The translations under genes and the position numbers were made by a program. Source: Chitinophagales bacterium (GTDB lineage Bacteria > Bacteroidota > Bacteroidia > Chitinophagales > LD1). Taken from it: 64,000 nt of DNA. Shown piece after piece: positions 36,012 through 46,436 of the stretch. Under the pieces are notes generated by a model. It ran no database searches and was not told where the DNA came from. It worked only from the letters and a program-made list of their open reading frames with translations. Positions within the stretch are counted from its first letter, which is position 1. The number at the start of each line of letters is the position of its first letter. The DNA is taken from NCBI GenBank assembly GCA_039811145.1, contig JBDHYB010000016.1, forward strand, positions 1,274 to 65,273, read 5' to 3'.

Positions 36012-38261
36012 CTAGTATTTAAGAATAGCCCTTAGCTTATTAAAGGCAGCCTGGTTGTTGGCTCGAAGCAGAGACCTGCGGATGTCATTTTTATCGCGGC
36101 TGGTAAGGTGCATGCTCATAGCAGCTTTGTCCTCTTCTTTTTCCGCCGTGTATTCAAACATCACAAAGTGTATTTTGCCTTTCAACTCCTCATCCATATC
36201 ATTAAGGCGCTGGTCGGTCAAAAAATCATGCATGTTCTCCATATTATTGTAAACAGTGCCAAGCGGGTCGGTTAAACGATTGAACAAAGTGCGTTGGGTA
36301 ATGGCTTCAGGTTCATCCAGCTTTTCAGTATCGCGTATTTGAATAATAACAACGCCGGCCGTGTTTTTATTAATCCAATCGCGGAAGGTTTTTAAGAAGC
36401 GGATTGCCGTTTCAGTACCAAAGTTGTCTAACGCACCGCCGTCCATTACGTAAGTTGGAGGATTAGTGGGCAGCACCGGGTTGGGCAAAATAAAAGGGAA
36501 GGTGGCATCCATACGCATGGCGGAGCTTACAAGCAAGTTACGCCCACCTTGTTTTTCAAACATACGGCAGAAGTCAATGGCGTCAATGTCCAGGGCTTCG
36601 TCCAAACTATCGCTGCCGTACGGGCGCATTAAAAAAGAAACCGGGTGCGGACTGATGAAAAAGCGGCGCGAATCATTGATTACAGTGGTGTGATAAATAA
36701 CCAGCGGCACCAGCGCGTCGTATTCAGGTTTTTGATAGTCGCCAATAGTTTTTTCAAAATCAAGGCCGGTGTTATCGCAAAAAAAGCGTTCAAAGATGTA
36801 GCCACGGTCTTTATAGTATTTTTTGCCACCCAGCTCAAACTTGTGGTAGGGCAGCAGGGCATCGTTGTTAAGTATGCTCAGTGCAATAGGGTTCAATAAA
36901 TCGCGTGATACGTTTTCGATTATTATAGAATCCTGAAGTGAAACCGGTTGCCCCTGCTTTTGCCGCAGAAACAATTCGCGCAGGTATGTAACGCCGAACA
37001 TACCACCGGAGGCTCCGCTTATCATAAAGGTTTTGTCGAAAAGTTTATTGCCTGCCAGGCTATCAGACTTTTGAATGATAGAAGTAACAAACATGCCTGA
37101 CCGCAACCCGCCACCACTAACATTAATAAAATACATCATTGGTTTTTTATTGGGGTTGCGGGGGTCAGTATTTTTCCGCTTCCAATTTTCCAGGATGTTG
37201 ATGAAGTATTGTCGATCGTGTTCAATATCCCCGTTGCTGCTTAAGGCCCTGAAATTTTTCATACTGTAATCGGCCTGCACGGTGTCGTAGTTAATGCCAT
37301 AAACCGTGCTTTTGCTTCCGAAAACATCAAACTTGGTAAGGTAGTTGGCGCCCATTAAAAACACGATGATGGCTGCTGCGCCCCAGCCACCGGTCCAGTA
37401 TAAAAACATACCGAACAGGGACATGATTATGCTGACGAACAGGAAACCGCTGGCCACAATGGGTATCTGGAAGAAGGGTTTTTCCAGGTAAAAACCGCTG
37501 GCCGTTAAAAAGCCCAGAATGATAATAAAGGCGATGAATGCATTAAAGTGGTGCCTGCGGAACACCAATCGGTGCAGCCTTGAGTCGTAATGCTCCACCG
37601 TACGGGTATGGCGCAGGCGTAGCTTATTAGTAATGTAAAAATCAACCCGGTTAAGGTGCTCGGTTTCCATGCTCTCGTTAAACAGTACCCGTTTAACTGC
37701 TTTTTTACGGCGGATGTTCTCCTTGTTGGCTTGTAAAATGCTACCGGTGTTTACGTTGGTAAAATTGAAGTACACTGAGGTTACCAGCAGCACCAGCACA
37801 AAGCCGGCGAAGAACCCCATTGCATCAAACAATAAATCCAGGGTGGTTTGAAACTCGTACTTCTGCTGAAAGTGAATTACAGATGCCAGGTAGCTAATTA
37901 TAAACACCAGCGGTATAATAGAGTTGTTGATGAAGAACATGCCTAGCGGATATTGCAGGCTGGCCATAAATGGAAAGCGGTGCGAATGCAGTATATAGCT
38001 CACCACGTTCCAGGTAACGTAAAAAATACCGAAGCCTATGCCTACGATAGCAAAGCTTAAATAGCCCACGTGGCCCAGATATTCAGGGTCAAGAAAAACG
38101 GAAGGAGCGCCTACGCTGTTACCCAGGCCACCTAATATTACCAGGAAAAATAGCACCCACGAAAACAGCAGGAATTGAAAGCGCTTGAAAGACAGCAACA
38201 GTAGTTGAATGGGGAAGGAGTAATAAATGTCTTTCAGCAGCACCAGCATATATATCTGCAA
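36012..38261 (-). CDS. Membrane-anchored patatin-like phospholipase
   Basis: 749 aa. The N-terminal ~330 aa have about 8 TM helices. The patatin domain has an oxyanion GGGLRSG and the nucleophile motif GASGG (ISGASGGMFG). A DGG motif (VMDGGALDNFG) supplies the catalytic Asp. Confidence 0.75.
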   Translation of the reverse strand: MQIYMLVLLKDIYYSFPIQLLLLSFKRFQFLLFSWVLFFLVILGGLGNSVGAPSVFLDPEYLGHVGYLSFAIVGIGFGIFYVTWNVVSYILHSHRFPFMASLQYPLGMFFINNSIIPLVFIISYLASVIHFQQKYEFQTTLDLLFDAMGFFAGFVLVLLVTSVYFNFTNVNTGSILQANKENIRRKKAVKRVLFNESMETEHLNRVDFYITNKLRLRHTRTVEHYDSRLHRLVFRRHHFNAFIAFIIILGFLTASGFYLEKPFFQIPIVASGFLFVSIIMSLFGMFLYWTGGWGAAAIIVFLMGANYLTKFDVFGSKSTVYGINYDTVQADYSMKNFRALSSNGDIEHDRQYFINILENWKRKNTDPRNPNKKPMMYFINVSGGGLRSGMFVTSIIQKSDSLAGNKLFDKTFMISGASGGMFGVTYLRELFLRQKQGQPVSLQDSIIIENVSRDLLNPIALSILNNDALLPYHKFELGGKKYYKDRGYIFERFFCDNTGLDFEKTIGDYQKPEYDALVPLVIYHTTVINDSRRFFISPHPVSFLMRPYGSDSLDEALDIDAIDFCRMFEKQGGRNLLVSSAMRMDATFPFILPNPVLPTNPPTYVMDGGALDNFGTETAIRFLKTFRDWINKNTAGVVIIQIRDTEKLDEPEAITQRTLFNRLTDPLGTVYNNMENMHDFLTDQRLNDMDEELKGKIHFVMFEYTAEKEEDKAAMSMHLTSRDKNDIRRSLLRANNQAAFNKLRAILKY

Positions 38262-38375
38262 AGTACTACTAAGATAGAGACTGTCAAGGCATGGTTGCGC
38301 CTAATTTTCCTCAAGGGCTTGTTTATTGCATTATTATGACAGACGGGGATATGTTAGGGCGGTCATGCTTTGGGG

Positions 38376-38975
38376 TTATTGGCTTTTTATCTCGCTAAGC
38401 TGGATGGTCCAGCCGAGGTCCATGCGGGTTATGATTGGGAACTTAGTAGACTCAATAACATCAATGGTGTATTTGATATCGCTTCCACCCTGTAATTCCC
38501 AGCCGGGCACAGCTACCAGGTTGCCGTTAAGGTTAAAGTTGAACTCCGATATAGTGTTGCCCATAACGGTAGCGGTATCGGCCGCACCATTTACTTTTAT
38601 GGGAGCCTCTGCTTTAGCAGATATGTCGTCAAACAGCTTTTTGCTTATCCAAACAGAGGTTTCTTTATCAAGGTTAGAGGCCCCGCCGTTAAAGTAGTTA
38701 AACAGCGCATCGGCCTTTGAAACGGCATTGGCAGACATAACTACGGTACCGCTCTTGTTTATTGGTTCAGTCATCTTCCAGTCAAAGGCTATTTCGTTGC
38801 CCAGGCTTTTAATAGTTACAATAAACTTGTAGTTCTTGCCTGCAGAGCTGACATCGTAGGTCAACACCGTGCCGGGCTTCATTGCCTTTTCAAAGGTTTC
38901 GAGATCGGATATATTCTGGCTATTGGCAAGGCCTATGCTAAGCGTAAGCAACAACAGGGTAAAATACTTCTTCAT
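38376..38975 (-). CDS. Secreted hypothetical protein
   Basis: 199 aa with a signal peptide (MKKYFTLLLLTLSIGLANSQ). No family recognised. Confidence 0.55.
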   Translation of the reverse strand: MKKYFTLLLLTLSIGLANSQNISDLETFEKAMKPGTVLTYDVSSAGKNYKFIVTIKSLGNEIAFDWKMTEPINKSGTVVMSANAVSKADALFNYFNGGASNLDKETSVWISKKLFDDISAKAEAPIKVNGAADTATVMGNTISEFNFNLNGNLVAVPGWELQGGSDIKYTIDVIESTKFPIITRMDLGWTIQLSEIKSQ

Positions 38976-39037
38976 GCAGGGGTTTATACCCTAAAGGTAA
39001 GAAGCAAAACGGGATTGCGAAAAAGAAAGGAGAGTGC

Positions 39038-40540
39038 CTATTGAACTTCAATAGCGCCTAAATCGTAAGGGGTACCGTTTGCAGGACTAACCTTTATTAC
39101 CCCACGGGTATGATCAAAAACATCCTGGCTTAAGCCGGTAGGGGCGGCATCAATTAGCGGCGAGAAATAACCAGCACTATCACTTGGTGTAAAGTTGAAG
39201 GCGTAGGGGTCCTTAAACTTAGGGTCATCGTTAAAAATGTTGTTGTTATTACCTACGCTGAAAATAGCCAGCGTGTCACTTGGCGTTTTAAGTAAGGAAT
39301 AAACAAACGTATTGGTGAATTCCTGCTGTGGAGCGCCGTCATTAATGTTGTTGAATGAGATTTCGTTATCAAGGCTGCCATAAACCACACAGTTGATAAA
39401 GGTGCTGGTGAGTGGCTCCTTAAAACTGGTTGTGTTATTTACTGCTACAAAATTGCTTAACAAAACACTTTCCTTTTCGTGGCTTACGTACTTTGAGCCC
39501 TGGTTGTATATAGTGCAGCTGTTAAAGGTGTATTCGCCACCTAAGCCGAATTTTAAAAGGTTATCGCCGGCCACAAAAAACAGGGAATTTTCAGCAGCTA
39601 TTTCAGCGTTAAAGCCGTAAATGGCATTGTAAAGGCTATGCTTAATAATGCAGTTGTTGACATGTATATCAGGCCTGCTGGCAGCGCCTAAGTATTTATT
39701 TAAGTCAGTAGAAATACCTGCCCCTGCATAAATGCCGTACGAGGATTCAGTTAGCACACAATGGTTGAAACTACCTGTAGGCTTGCAACTACTACTTGTT
39801 GAATCGCGCAGAAACACTATACCAAACCATTGGCCGGGCTTGTCATCATAATACTGCTCTAAACGCACTCCCTGAAAAACTATAGAGTCGCTCCAGTTTG
39901 TAGCCTCAGCAATCAAGTTGCCTTCTACAAAAATGCCTGAGTTATTCGTAAAGAAAACTTTGGTGCCCGGATCTATAGTTAGGGTTGCGCCACAGGCGAC
40001 CAACGCGCCGGGGATAGAATCGTTATTGATTACTACGTGCGGCTTGTCGTTGGTCCAATGTTCATCAGAAGTTATGTAACTACCATAGTGGAAATGCGCA
40101 TTTTGACCAAAGGCCTGCAGGTGCACCGTATTGGTATTGCTGCCCATGGTAAAGTTAACGTCATCAATAATTACAAAAGGGGTAAGCGTGCTGTTGGGGT
40201 TAACCGTAACTTCTACAAACACATAAATGGAATCCTTGGCAGGGATTTCAATACCACTGAACTGATCGCCGGGTATGCCATCCACATTAATACGGAACTG
40301 GTCGCCGGTTAGGTGCATCAGGCGGATATCATCTATACGGACAGCTTTACTGCTGCGGTTAAATACCTTAAAGTATTTGGTGGTAGAGCCCAGGGTAGTA
40401 AAAACAGTATCAAAGGTTAGTGTATCCGTACTAAAGGTAAGTTGGCCGTTGCCGAACAGTTCCTTTTTACAACTTTGCGTGGTAAAAAGTGTGGTGGCAA
40501 TTGCCAATAACACCAAAAATAGGCCTGCTGTCTTCTTCAT
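39038..40540 (-). CDS. Lipoprotein, probably with a right-handed beta-helix domain; function unknown
   Basis: 500 aa. Lipobox (TTQSC). The central region has repetitive N/G/I-rich turns (NNCIIKHSLYNAIYG, FNSCTIYN, FINCVVYGS) reminiscent of pectin-lyase-fold repeats. Confidence 0.5.
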   Translation of the reverse strand: MKKTAGLFLVLLAIATTLFTTQSCKKELFGNGQLTFSTDTLTFDTVFTTLGSTTKYFKVFNRSSKAVRIDDIRLMHLTGDQFRINVDGIPGDQFSGIEIPAKDSIYVFVEVTVNPNSTLTPFVIIDDVNFTMGSNTNTVHLQAFGQNAHFHYGSYITSDEHWTNDKPHVVINNDSIPGALVACGATLTIDPGTKVFFTNNSGIFVEGNLIAEATNWSDSIVFQGVRLEQYYDDKPGQWFGIVFLRDSTSSSCKPTGSFNHCVLTESSYGIYAGAGISTDLNKYLGAASRPDIHVNNCIIKHSLYNAIYGFNAEIAAENSLFFVAGDNLLKFGLGGEYTFNSCTIYNQGSKYVSHEKESVLLSNFVAVNNTTSFKEPLTSTFINCVVYGSLDNEISFNNINDGAPQQEFTNTFVYSLLKTPSDTLAIFSVGNNNNIFNDDPKFKDPYAFNFTPSDSAGYFSPLIDAAPTGLSQDVFDHTRGVIKVSPANGTPYDLGAIEVQ

Positions 40541-40638
40541 TTTTAAAATGAAACCCTTTAACGGCTGGTGAAAATAGAAATTGTGCCTAAAGCGGCACTA
40601 TATTCGTTCTAACTATATACGTTTATTAAAAGAAAGCA

Positions 40639-41304
40639 ATGGCAGAACATGTTGTAAAAATACTGGAGTCGAGTTTTATAACGCTGAATGTGAAGCGTTT
40701 TTTAGTGGAGAAGCCTAAGGGCTATAGTTTTATACCGGGCCAGGCTACCGATGTAGCGGTTAACTTACCGGAGTGGAGAGAGCAGTTTCGCCCTTTTTCG
40801 TTTACCGGCCTTAATCGCTGGGAGCACTTGGAGTTTATGGTAAAGGTTTACCCCGAAAGAAAGGGGGTTACAGATTTACTGGGCCGGACCAATAGCGGAG
40901 AACTGGTAATTAAAGAGCCTTACGGGGCTATACAGTATAAAGGCCCGGGCGTATTTATTGCAGGTGGTTCCGGCATAACCCCTTTTGTTTCCATATTCAG
41001 AGAGTTGGCCAGAAACAAGCAGCTTATGGGTAATCAGTTGATTTACTCTAACTACACAGCGGCAGATGTTATTTGCGGCGCAGAGCTGCACGATATGCTA
41101 AAGGATAACTATGTTAACCATTACACGCGCGAAGGCGTTATCGGTTTTCGAGAACGCAGGCTTAACCGCGATTTTCTGATACAATACATTGCTGACTTTA
41201 ACCGCCGTTTTTATGTGTGCGGTTCCGATGGTTTTGTGAAGGATATTTCAGAAGCTTTGATAAGCCTGGGAGCAACGTCAGAAAACCTTGTAATAGATAA
41301 GTAG
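40639..41304 (+). CDS. Ferredoxin-NADP reductase-like FAD/NAD(P)-binding oxidoreductase
   Basis: 221 aa. RPFSF (FAD RxYS-type motif) and the NAD-binding motif GGSGITPF. Confidence 0.7.
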   Translation: MAEHVVKILESSFITLNVKRFLVEKPKGYSFIPGQATDVAVNLPEWREQFRPFSFTGLNRWEHLEFMVKVYPERKGVTDLLGRTNSGELVIKEPYGAIQYKGPGVFIAGGSGITPFVSIFRELARNKQLMGNQLIYSNYTAADVICGAELHDMLKDNYVNHYTREGVIGFRERRLNRDFLIQYIADFNRRFYVCGSDGFVKDISEALISLGATSENLVIDK

Positions 41305-41305
41305 T

Positions 41306-42679
41306 CTATCCGAACAATTCTTCCATTAGCTGTTGCACGCGGCTTATGGTAATAATTTTGATACCGAATTTCTGCGTATCCAGCTTTTGGTTAAACTTAC
41401 TGATGTAAATTTTTTCGAAACCTAGTTTGTCTGCTTCAGATATACGTTGGTCTATGCGGTTAACGGCACGTACTTCGCCGCTTAAGCCTACCTCTGCAGC
41501 AAAAGCTACTTTAGAGCTAACCGGCATATCGTTGTATGAGGATGTAAGCGCAGCTATAACGGCAAGGTCAATGGCAGGGTCTTCTACCCGCAGGCCACCG
41601 GCAATATTTAAGAACACATCCTTAGTGCCAAAGCGGAAGCCACTGCGCTTTTCCAATACGGCCAGCAACATGTTAAGGCGGCGTACATCAAAACCTGTGC
41701 TTGAACGTTGTGGCGTGCCGTAGAATGCGGGCGTTACTAAGGCCTGTGTTTCTATTAAAAACGGACGCATGCCCTCCATCATACTGGCTATGGCAATGCC
41801 GCTTAACTCTTCCTCCCGTTGGGTCAGCAGTATTTCCGATGGGTTTAATACGGCACGCAGGCCGGCGCCCTGCATTTCGTAAATACCAATTTCTGAAGTG
41901 CTGCCGAAACGGTTTTTAGTAGTACGCAAAATGCGGTAGGTATAATTGCGGTCGCCTTCAAATTGTAGCACTGTATCAACAATGTGTTCCAATACTTTTG
42001 GGCCCGCAATAAAACCATCCTTGGTAATGTGGCCTATAAGAAAAATGGGGATTCCGGTTTCCTTGGCATAACGTTGCAACTCCCCGGTACACTCGCGTAT
42101 TTGCGAAACACTACCAGGGGTAGATTCTACATAAACGGTATGCAGTGTTTGAATGGAATCAATTACAATTAAATCGGGCCCCAATAGCTCCGCCTGCTTA
42201 AAAATTTGCTGGGTGCTGGTTTCTGTCAGTATGTAACAATCATCATTGGCCATGCCAATGCGCTCGGCACGCAGTTTTATCTGGCGGTCACTTTCCTCGC
42301 CGGTTACATACAACACTTTGGTGCCCTTTAACTTTAGCGCAAGTTGAAGCATTAAGGTGCTTTTGCCAATGCCTGGTTCTCCGCCAATAAGTATAAGCGA
42401 ACCGCCAACAATACCGCCACCCAAAACCCGGTTTAATTCGGTATCCTGTGCATCTAAACGGGCAGTTTCCATTTCGCGCACCTCCTTAATAGGCACGGGC
42501 TTTACTTCTTCATTTTTGCGGCCTGTAACATTGCGGCGTTCTTTCACCTTTTCCTCCGCTTTGTCAACTACTTCCTCGGCGTAGGTGTTCCATTCGCCGC
42601 AAACGGGGCATTTGCCAATCCACTTCGGGCTTTGGTTACCGCAATTCTGGCAATAATATATGGTGCGTAGTTTGCTCAT
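41306..42679 (-). CDS. radA: DNA repair protein RadA/Sms
   Basis: N-terminal zinc ribbon (YYCQNCGNQSPKWIGKCPVCGEWN), Walker A GGEPGIGKST, KNRFG motif, Lon-like C-terminal domain. 457 aa. Confidence 0.9.
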   Translation of the reverse strand: MSKLRTIYYCQNCGNQSPKWIGKCPVCGEWNTYAEEVVDKAEEKVKERRNVTGRKNEEVKPVPIKEVREMETARLDAQDTELNRVLGGGIVGGSLILIGGEPGIGKSTLMLQLALKLKGTKVLYVTGEESDRQIKLRAERIGMANDDCYILTETSTQQIFKQAELLGPDLIVIDSIQTLHTVYVESTPGSVSQIRECTGELQRYAKETGIPIFLIGHITKDGFIAGPKVLEHIVDTVLQFEGDRNYTYRILRTTKNRFGSTSEIGIYEMQGAGLRAVLNPSEILLTQREEELSGIAIASMMEGMRPFLIETQALVTPAFYGTPQRSSTGFDVRRLNMLLAVLEKRSGFRFGTKDVFLNIAGGLRVEDPAIDLAVIAALTSSYNDMPVSSKVAFAAEVGLSGEVRAVNRIDQRISEADKLGFEKIYISKFNQKLDTQKFGIKIITISRVQQLMEELFG

Positions 42680-42730
42680 AACAAGGCACGCAATTTAGGC
42701 GGTTTTATTTTTACTAAAAGCCCAAAAAGC

Positions 42731-42761
42731 AAAAGGGGCAACCGTTGTGGTTACCCCTTTT
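42731..42761 (-). terminator. Intrinsic terminator after the PorE-like gene
   Basis: The minus strand reads AAAAGGGGTAACC-ACAAC-GGTTGCCCCTTTT followed by GCTTTTT, immediately after the stop at 42764. Confidence 0.75.
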
Positions 42762-42763
42762 GT

Positions 42764-45235
42764 TTATTTCTGAGCAGGTTTAGCTTTATCGACCGGCTTA
42801 TCGGTTTTTGGCTTTTCAGCAGGCTTTGATGATGTAGTGGTTTTAGTTGGAGGAAGCGCTTTGGCCTTATTGCTAAAGGCTTTTGCTTTCGCTTCTGCCT
42901 CGGCAATTTGTTCAGGTGTAAGCTCCTGAATTACCTTAAACTCCGTGCGGCGGTTTTTGCTTCTTCCTTCAGGGTAGTCGGTGCCCGGAGGATTTTCGTT
43001 TAAGTCAACCGGTTGCGATTCGCCATAGGCTTTGCTTTGCAGGCGATACATAGGTATCTTTTTACTGGCCAGGTATTTTATAACAGCATCGCTACGGCGT
43101 TGCGATAGTTTTAGGTTGTATTCGTCTGTGCCCTTTGCGTCGGTATGCGAGCCTACTTCCAAAACATAAGTAGGATGCTCGTTCATAAAGGTGGTAACTG
43201 TATTTAGCGTGTCGGGCGCACCGTCCGTTAGAATGTCTTTATTGAAATCCCAATAAACAATACCAATGCGCTGGCCGATATAGCTAAGCAGCTGCGGGCG
43301 CATTTTCATAGGCACATCTACAGTAACCGTATCATTAAAACGCTTGCCGATTGTGCTTACAGGCAGGTCAGCATCTTCAAATCCGTTTTTGCGTGCTATC
43401 AGTTTGTAATCCTTTTCGGCTTCAAGGTCAAAGAAGTAAGAGCCATCAGTAGCGTAGTACGATTTTATCTCTTTACCGGTAGCGCCATCAAACAAAGTAA
43501 TTAAGCCGTTTTCAATAGCCTTGTTACTGCTGTCAGCATTTTGAATAGTACCTTTAACGGCAAGCAATAACTTCTCTTTTTCAACCTGGTAAATATCATC
43601 GCAGCAGGTTTCACTTTTTATACCAAAACCACCGGGGCGGTTGCTAACTACAAAGCCTACACCGGCATAATCGTTCCAGTTAAAATACATATCATCTACA
43701 CTGCTGTTTATAGGCATGCCCATATTTACGGGCTCGCTCCAATCTCCACCTACAGCCTTGGTACGGTAAACATCCAACCCACCAATATTTACACGTCCGT
43801 CTGAACTGAAATACAGCACATCATTTTTAAAATCGTAGCAAGGTGTTTCTTCATTGCCCTTGGTGTTAATGGCAGGGCCAATGGGTTTTGCTTTACCAAA
43901 GCTGCCATCGTCATTTATTTTGGCATAGTATATATCCATGCCTTTTTCGGCATTGCGGTCCGATGCAAAAAACAACACCAGCTCACCGGCGTCGTTTTTG
44001 CCTACTGCCGGGTGGGTGTTGGTAGCGCCTTCCTGGTTAACGTTGGCACTTAGCTTTTCTCCTTCGCTCCAACCGTTATCTGCGCTGTAGCTGCTCTTAT
44101 AAATATTGCAGCGCATACGCGACATTTCGTCCTGCTGGCATTGGGTGTAATACATAGTGTTGCCATCGCGCGAGAAGGTGGGGTTGCCGGTGTGCATGTT
44201 GGCGGAGTTAACGGCATCTTTAAGTTCTACTGCCTTTTCCCACATTTTGCCATTGCGTTTTGCTGTGTAAATACGGCTGAAGTCAGCATATTTCTCACGG
44301 CGGTTTTCAAGTATAACGCGGTCTGACACCCATGAGCCGTAGTAGATAGTGTTTTCGTCTTTTAAAACCGGAGCGTAATCAGTAAACGGCTGGTTGATGT
44401 TTTCGTTAAGGTGGGTAGCCTTAAACTCGCGCATGTCGGTAATAGCCAGTTGCGCCAGGCCTGAATCGCAGCCCTGTATTTCGCGGGTGGCATTGCGGCG
44501 GGCTTCATTCAGTTCGTCAATGTTTTTTGCCAGCTTATTGAATTTTGAAAAGGTGGCTTTGGCCTGCTCGTAATTGCCCAGGTACTTGTCAGTTAAAGCG
44601 GCCTGGTATAGGGCGAACAGATTTTTGTGTTTTACTGAATCCATATCTACCACCACTTTATAATACTTATTGGCAAAGCGGTAATCGCGCAAAACAAAGT
44701 TGGCATCGGCCAGCCGCTGATAGAGAAATATTTTATTAGACTTTTTGTTTACGGCCGCCTCGTAGTAATGTATGGCATTATAAACGCTTCCCTTCTCCAT
44801 CAATAAATCGCCCAACTTGCGGTTGCGTTTCCAGCCAATGGTTTTTGGGTCAGGCAGTTCCTTGTATTTGCGGCCTGTTTTACTGTCGTATGCCGTGGCA
44901 TTAGTGCCCGATTCTTTGATAATAGATTTTTCCTGCGTGTTCTGTTTGGCTTCTTCCTGTTTAGGCTCCTCTTTTTTTGTTTCCTGCGGTTGCGCAGTTT
45001 CCTGTTTTGCAGGTTCAGCCTTTTTTTCTTCAGCCTTGGATTGGGCTTCTTTCTTTTCGGGTTTTGCCTCTTCCTTTTTAGGCTGTTCCTTTTTGGCTTT
45101 GCCTTTTTCCTTTGTTTGGGCAGGCGGTGCGCTCATCAACTCGTTAAGTTCCTGTTGGCTTTGTGCGTTTAACGGCACATAAGTAAACTGCAGCGCAACT
45201 ATAAAACAGATGGATAATAGTAGTTTTAGTTTCAT
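42764..45235 (-). CDS. PorE-like T9SS-associated protein: TPR, TolB-like beta-propeller, carboxypeptidase-regulatory-like and OmpA_C domains
   Basis: 823 aa. Signal peptide, then a K/E/Q/P-rich low-complexity linker, then TPR-like helices. Repeated propeller blades (TIYYGS, TMYYTQ, LVLFFASDR, VLYFSSDG). A CRD-like segment (LAVKGTIQNA...YKLIARKNGFED). An OmpA_C domain (VGSHTDAKGTDEYNLKLSQRRSDAV...NRRTEFKV). This is the domain order described for P. gingivalis PorE. Confidence 0.7.
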   Translation of the reverse strand: MKLKLLLSICFIVALQFTYVPLNAQSQQELNELMSAPPAQTKEKGKAKKEQPKKEEAKPEKKEAQSKAEEKKAEPAKQETAQPQETKKEEPKQEEAKQNTQEKSIIKESGTNATAYDSKTGRKYKELPDPKTIGWKRNRKLGDLLMEKGSVYNAIHYYEAAVNKKSNKIFLYQRLADANFVLRDYRFANKYYKVVVDMDSVKHKNLFALYQAALTDKYLGNYEQAKATFSKFNKLAKNIDELNEARRNATREIQGCDSGLAQLAITDMREFKATHLNENINQPFTDYAPVLKDENTIYYGSWVSDRVILENRREKYADFSRIYTAKRNGKMWEKAVELKDAVNSANMHTGNPTFSRDGNTMYYTQCQQDEMSRMRCNIYKSSYSADNGWSEGEKLSANVNQEGATNTHPAVGKNDAGELVLFFASDRNAEKGMDIYYAKINDDGSFGKAKPIGPAINTKGNEETPCYDFKNDVLYFSSDGRVNIGGLDVYRTKAVGGDWSEPVNMGMPINSSVDDMYFNWNDYAGVGFVVSNRPGGFGIKSETCCDDIYQVEKEKLLLAVKGTIQNADSSNKAIENGLITLFDGATGKEIKSYYATDGSYFFDLEAEKDYKLIARKNGFEDADLPVSTIGKRFNDTVTVDVPMKMRPQLLSYIGQRIGIVYWDFNKDILTDGAPDTLNTVTTFMNEHPTYVLEVGSHTDAKGTDEYNLKLSQRRSDAVIKYLASKKIPMYRLQSKAYGESQPVDLNENPPGTDYPEGRSKNRRTEFKVIQELTPEQIAEAEAKAKAFSNKAKALPPTKTTTSSKPAEKPKTDKPVDKAKPAQK

Positions 45236-45362
45236 TCGACAGGGGTCTATACTTCGGTCGAAAATACTAAAAACAGGGGCTTGTCACCTCACATCTCAAC
45301 AGGCGTGTAGCATCTTGAACAATAGGTTAAGCAGTAGCGGGGAAACCGGGGCAGCGATAGAC

Positions 45363-46409
45363 CTAGAACCTTGGGCAAATTAAGGAGTGCGCGAAGTTGT
45401 AATCGCGGCGTTTGATAGTGTAGCCCAGGTGGATTTCGAGACCGCCAATCCCTGTGCCCGATTTGCGCAGGTTAGAGATAGTGGCATCATAACTAAGGCC
45501 TATTTTAAAGCCGGAATAAGCAAAGCCTACATAGGGTATTACAGCATCGCTGGTAACCCCGGCGGTTATGTTGTGTATGCGGTTATAAACGCCCATGGTA
45601 AAGGCGGCCGATTCGTTATAACTCTGCTTAATATCGTAACCGAAGCCCAGGCCAATGTTCAACTGATCGTTCACGCTTTGGCGGGTAAACATGGCGGCAG
45701 GTAAAAGATGGAATTTTTCGCCAAGGATGATGTCCAGGCCGCTGTGCACGTTCCAGCGCCAGTAAAACTTACGGTTGTTATCTGCCAGAATATCGTACTT
45801 AGGAAAGGTGACATTATAGAAGGAAGCACCTGTATAAAACCCCACCTTACGGGCAAACAAGCCGTAGTAGAACAAGCCGGCGTTAAGGTTAACATAGCCC
45901 ACGTTGTTGCGCCCTATAAGTTCATTACTGGGTATGGTGCTTACAAACTGGTTATCCTGAAACTGATTGGCAAACTGAAAATCCTGTGTTTTAATGCTTT
46001 GGTAGGTATAGCCGCCCTGCACACCGGCCGAAATACGGTGGTTGCCATTGCTGCCCAGGGTTTTAATAAAGCTAACAGAGGCCAAAGCGGAAACACCTGT
46101 AAAGGTATTAGCGCCCTGCTGGTCATTAGCTACAAAAAGGCCAACGCCAAGGGCGTCGTCATTTATTTTAATCGGCATATCAAAATTTAATGCCGTGGTC
46201 ATAAAAGGAGAGCGGAAGAACCCGTTGTTATTGGCTGAATACCATTGGTTGCGGTAGTTAACGCCTACGCGGGCAACGCCGGGTGTAAAGCCGGTAAGGG
46301 CGGGGTTTAGCCAAAGGGGCGCATTAAACACCTGCGAGAAGTGGATGTCCTGCGCAAATACACTCAGGCCGGCTAAAACGGCAAAAATTAAAGTGTATAT
46401 CTTTTTCAT
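45363..46409 (-). CDS. PorP/SprF-family type IX secretion system membrane protein
   Basis: 348 aa. Signal peptide followed by the family-typical QDIHFSQVFNAPLWLNPALTG. Beta-barrel-like composition ending in ...ICPRF. Confidence 0.85.
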   Translation of the reverse strand: MKKIYTLIFAVLAGLSVFAQDIHFSQVFNAPLWLNPALTGFTPGVARVGVNYRNQWYSANNNGFFRSPFMTTALNFDMPIKINDDALGVGLFVANDQQGANTFTGVSALASVSFIKTLGSNGNHRISAGVQGGYTYQSIKTQDFQFANQFQDNQFVSTIPSNELIGRNNVGYVNLNAGLFYYGLFARKVGFYTGASFYNVTFPKYDILADNNRKFYWRWNVHSGLDIILGEKFHLLPAAMFTRQSVNDQLNIGLGFGYDIKQSYNESAAFTMGVYNRIHNITAGVTSDAVIPYVGFAYSGFKIGLSYDATISNLRKSGTGIGGLEIHLGYTIKRRDYNFAHSLICPRF

Positions 46410-46436
46410 ATCAAATAAATACCTAAACTATTTTGT

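Noticed and set aside
36012-38261. Patatin gene as a CBASS (CapV-like) effector
   Set aside because: No CD-NTase/cyclase, no SAVED/STING-type sensor and no other defence gene is adjacent. The protein has a polytopic membrane anchor, unlike CapV.
44817-45182. 121-aa and 60-aa plus-strand ORFs
   Set aside because: They lie antisense to the K/E-rich low-complexity linker of the PorE-like gene. Their composition (F/S/L/C) is that of a shadow frame.
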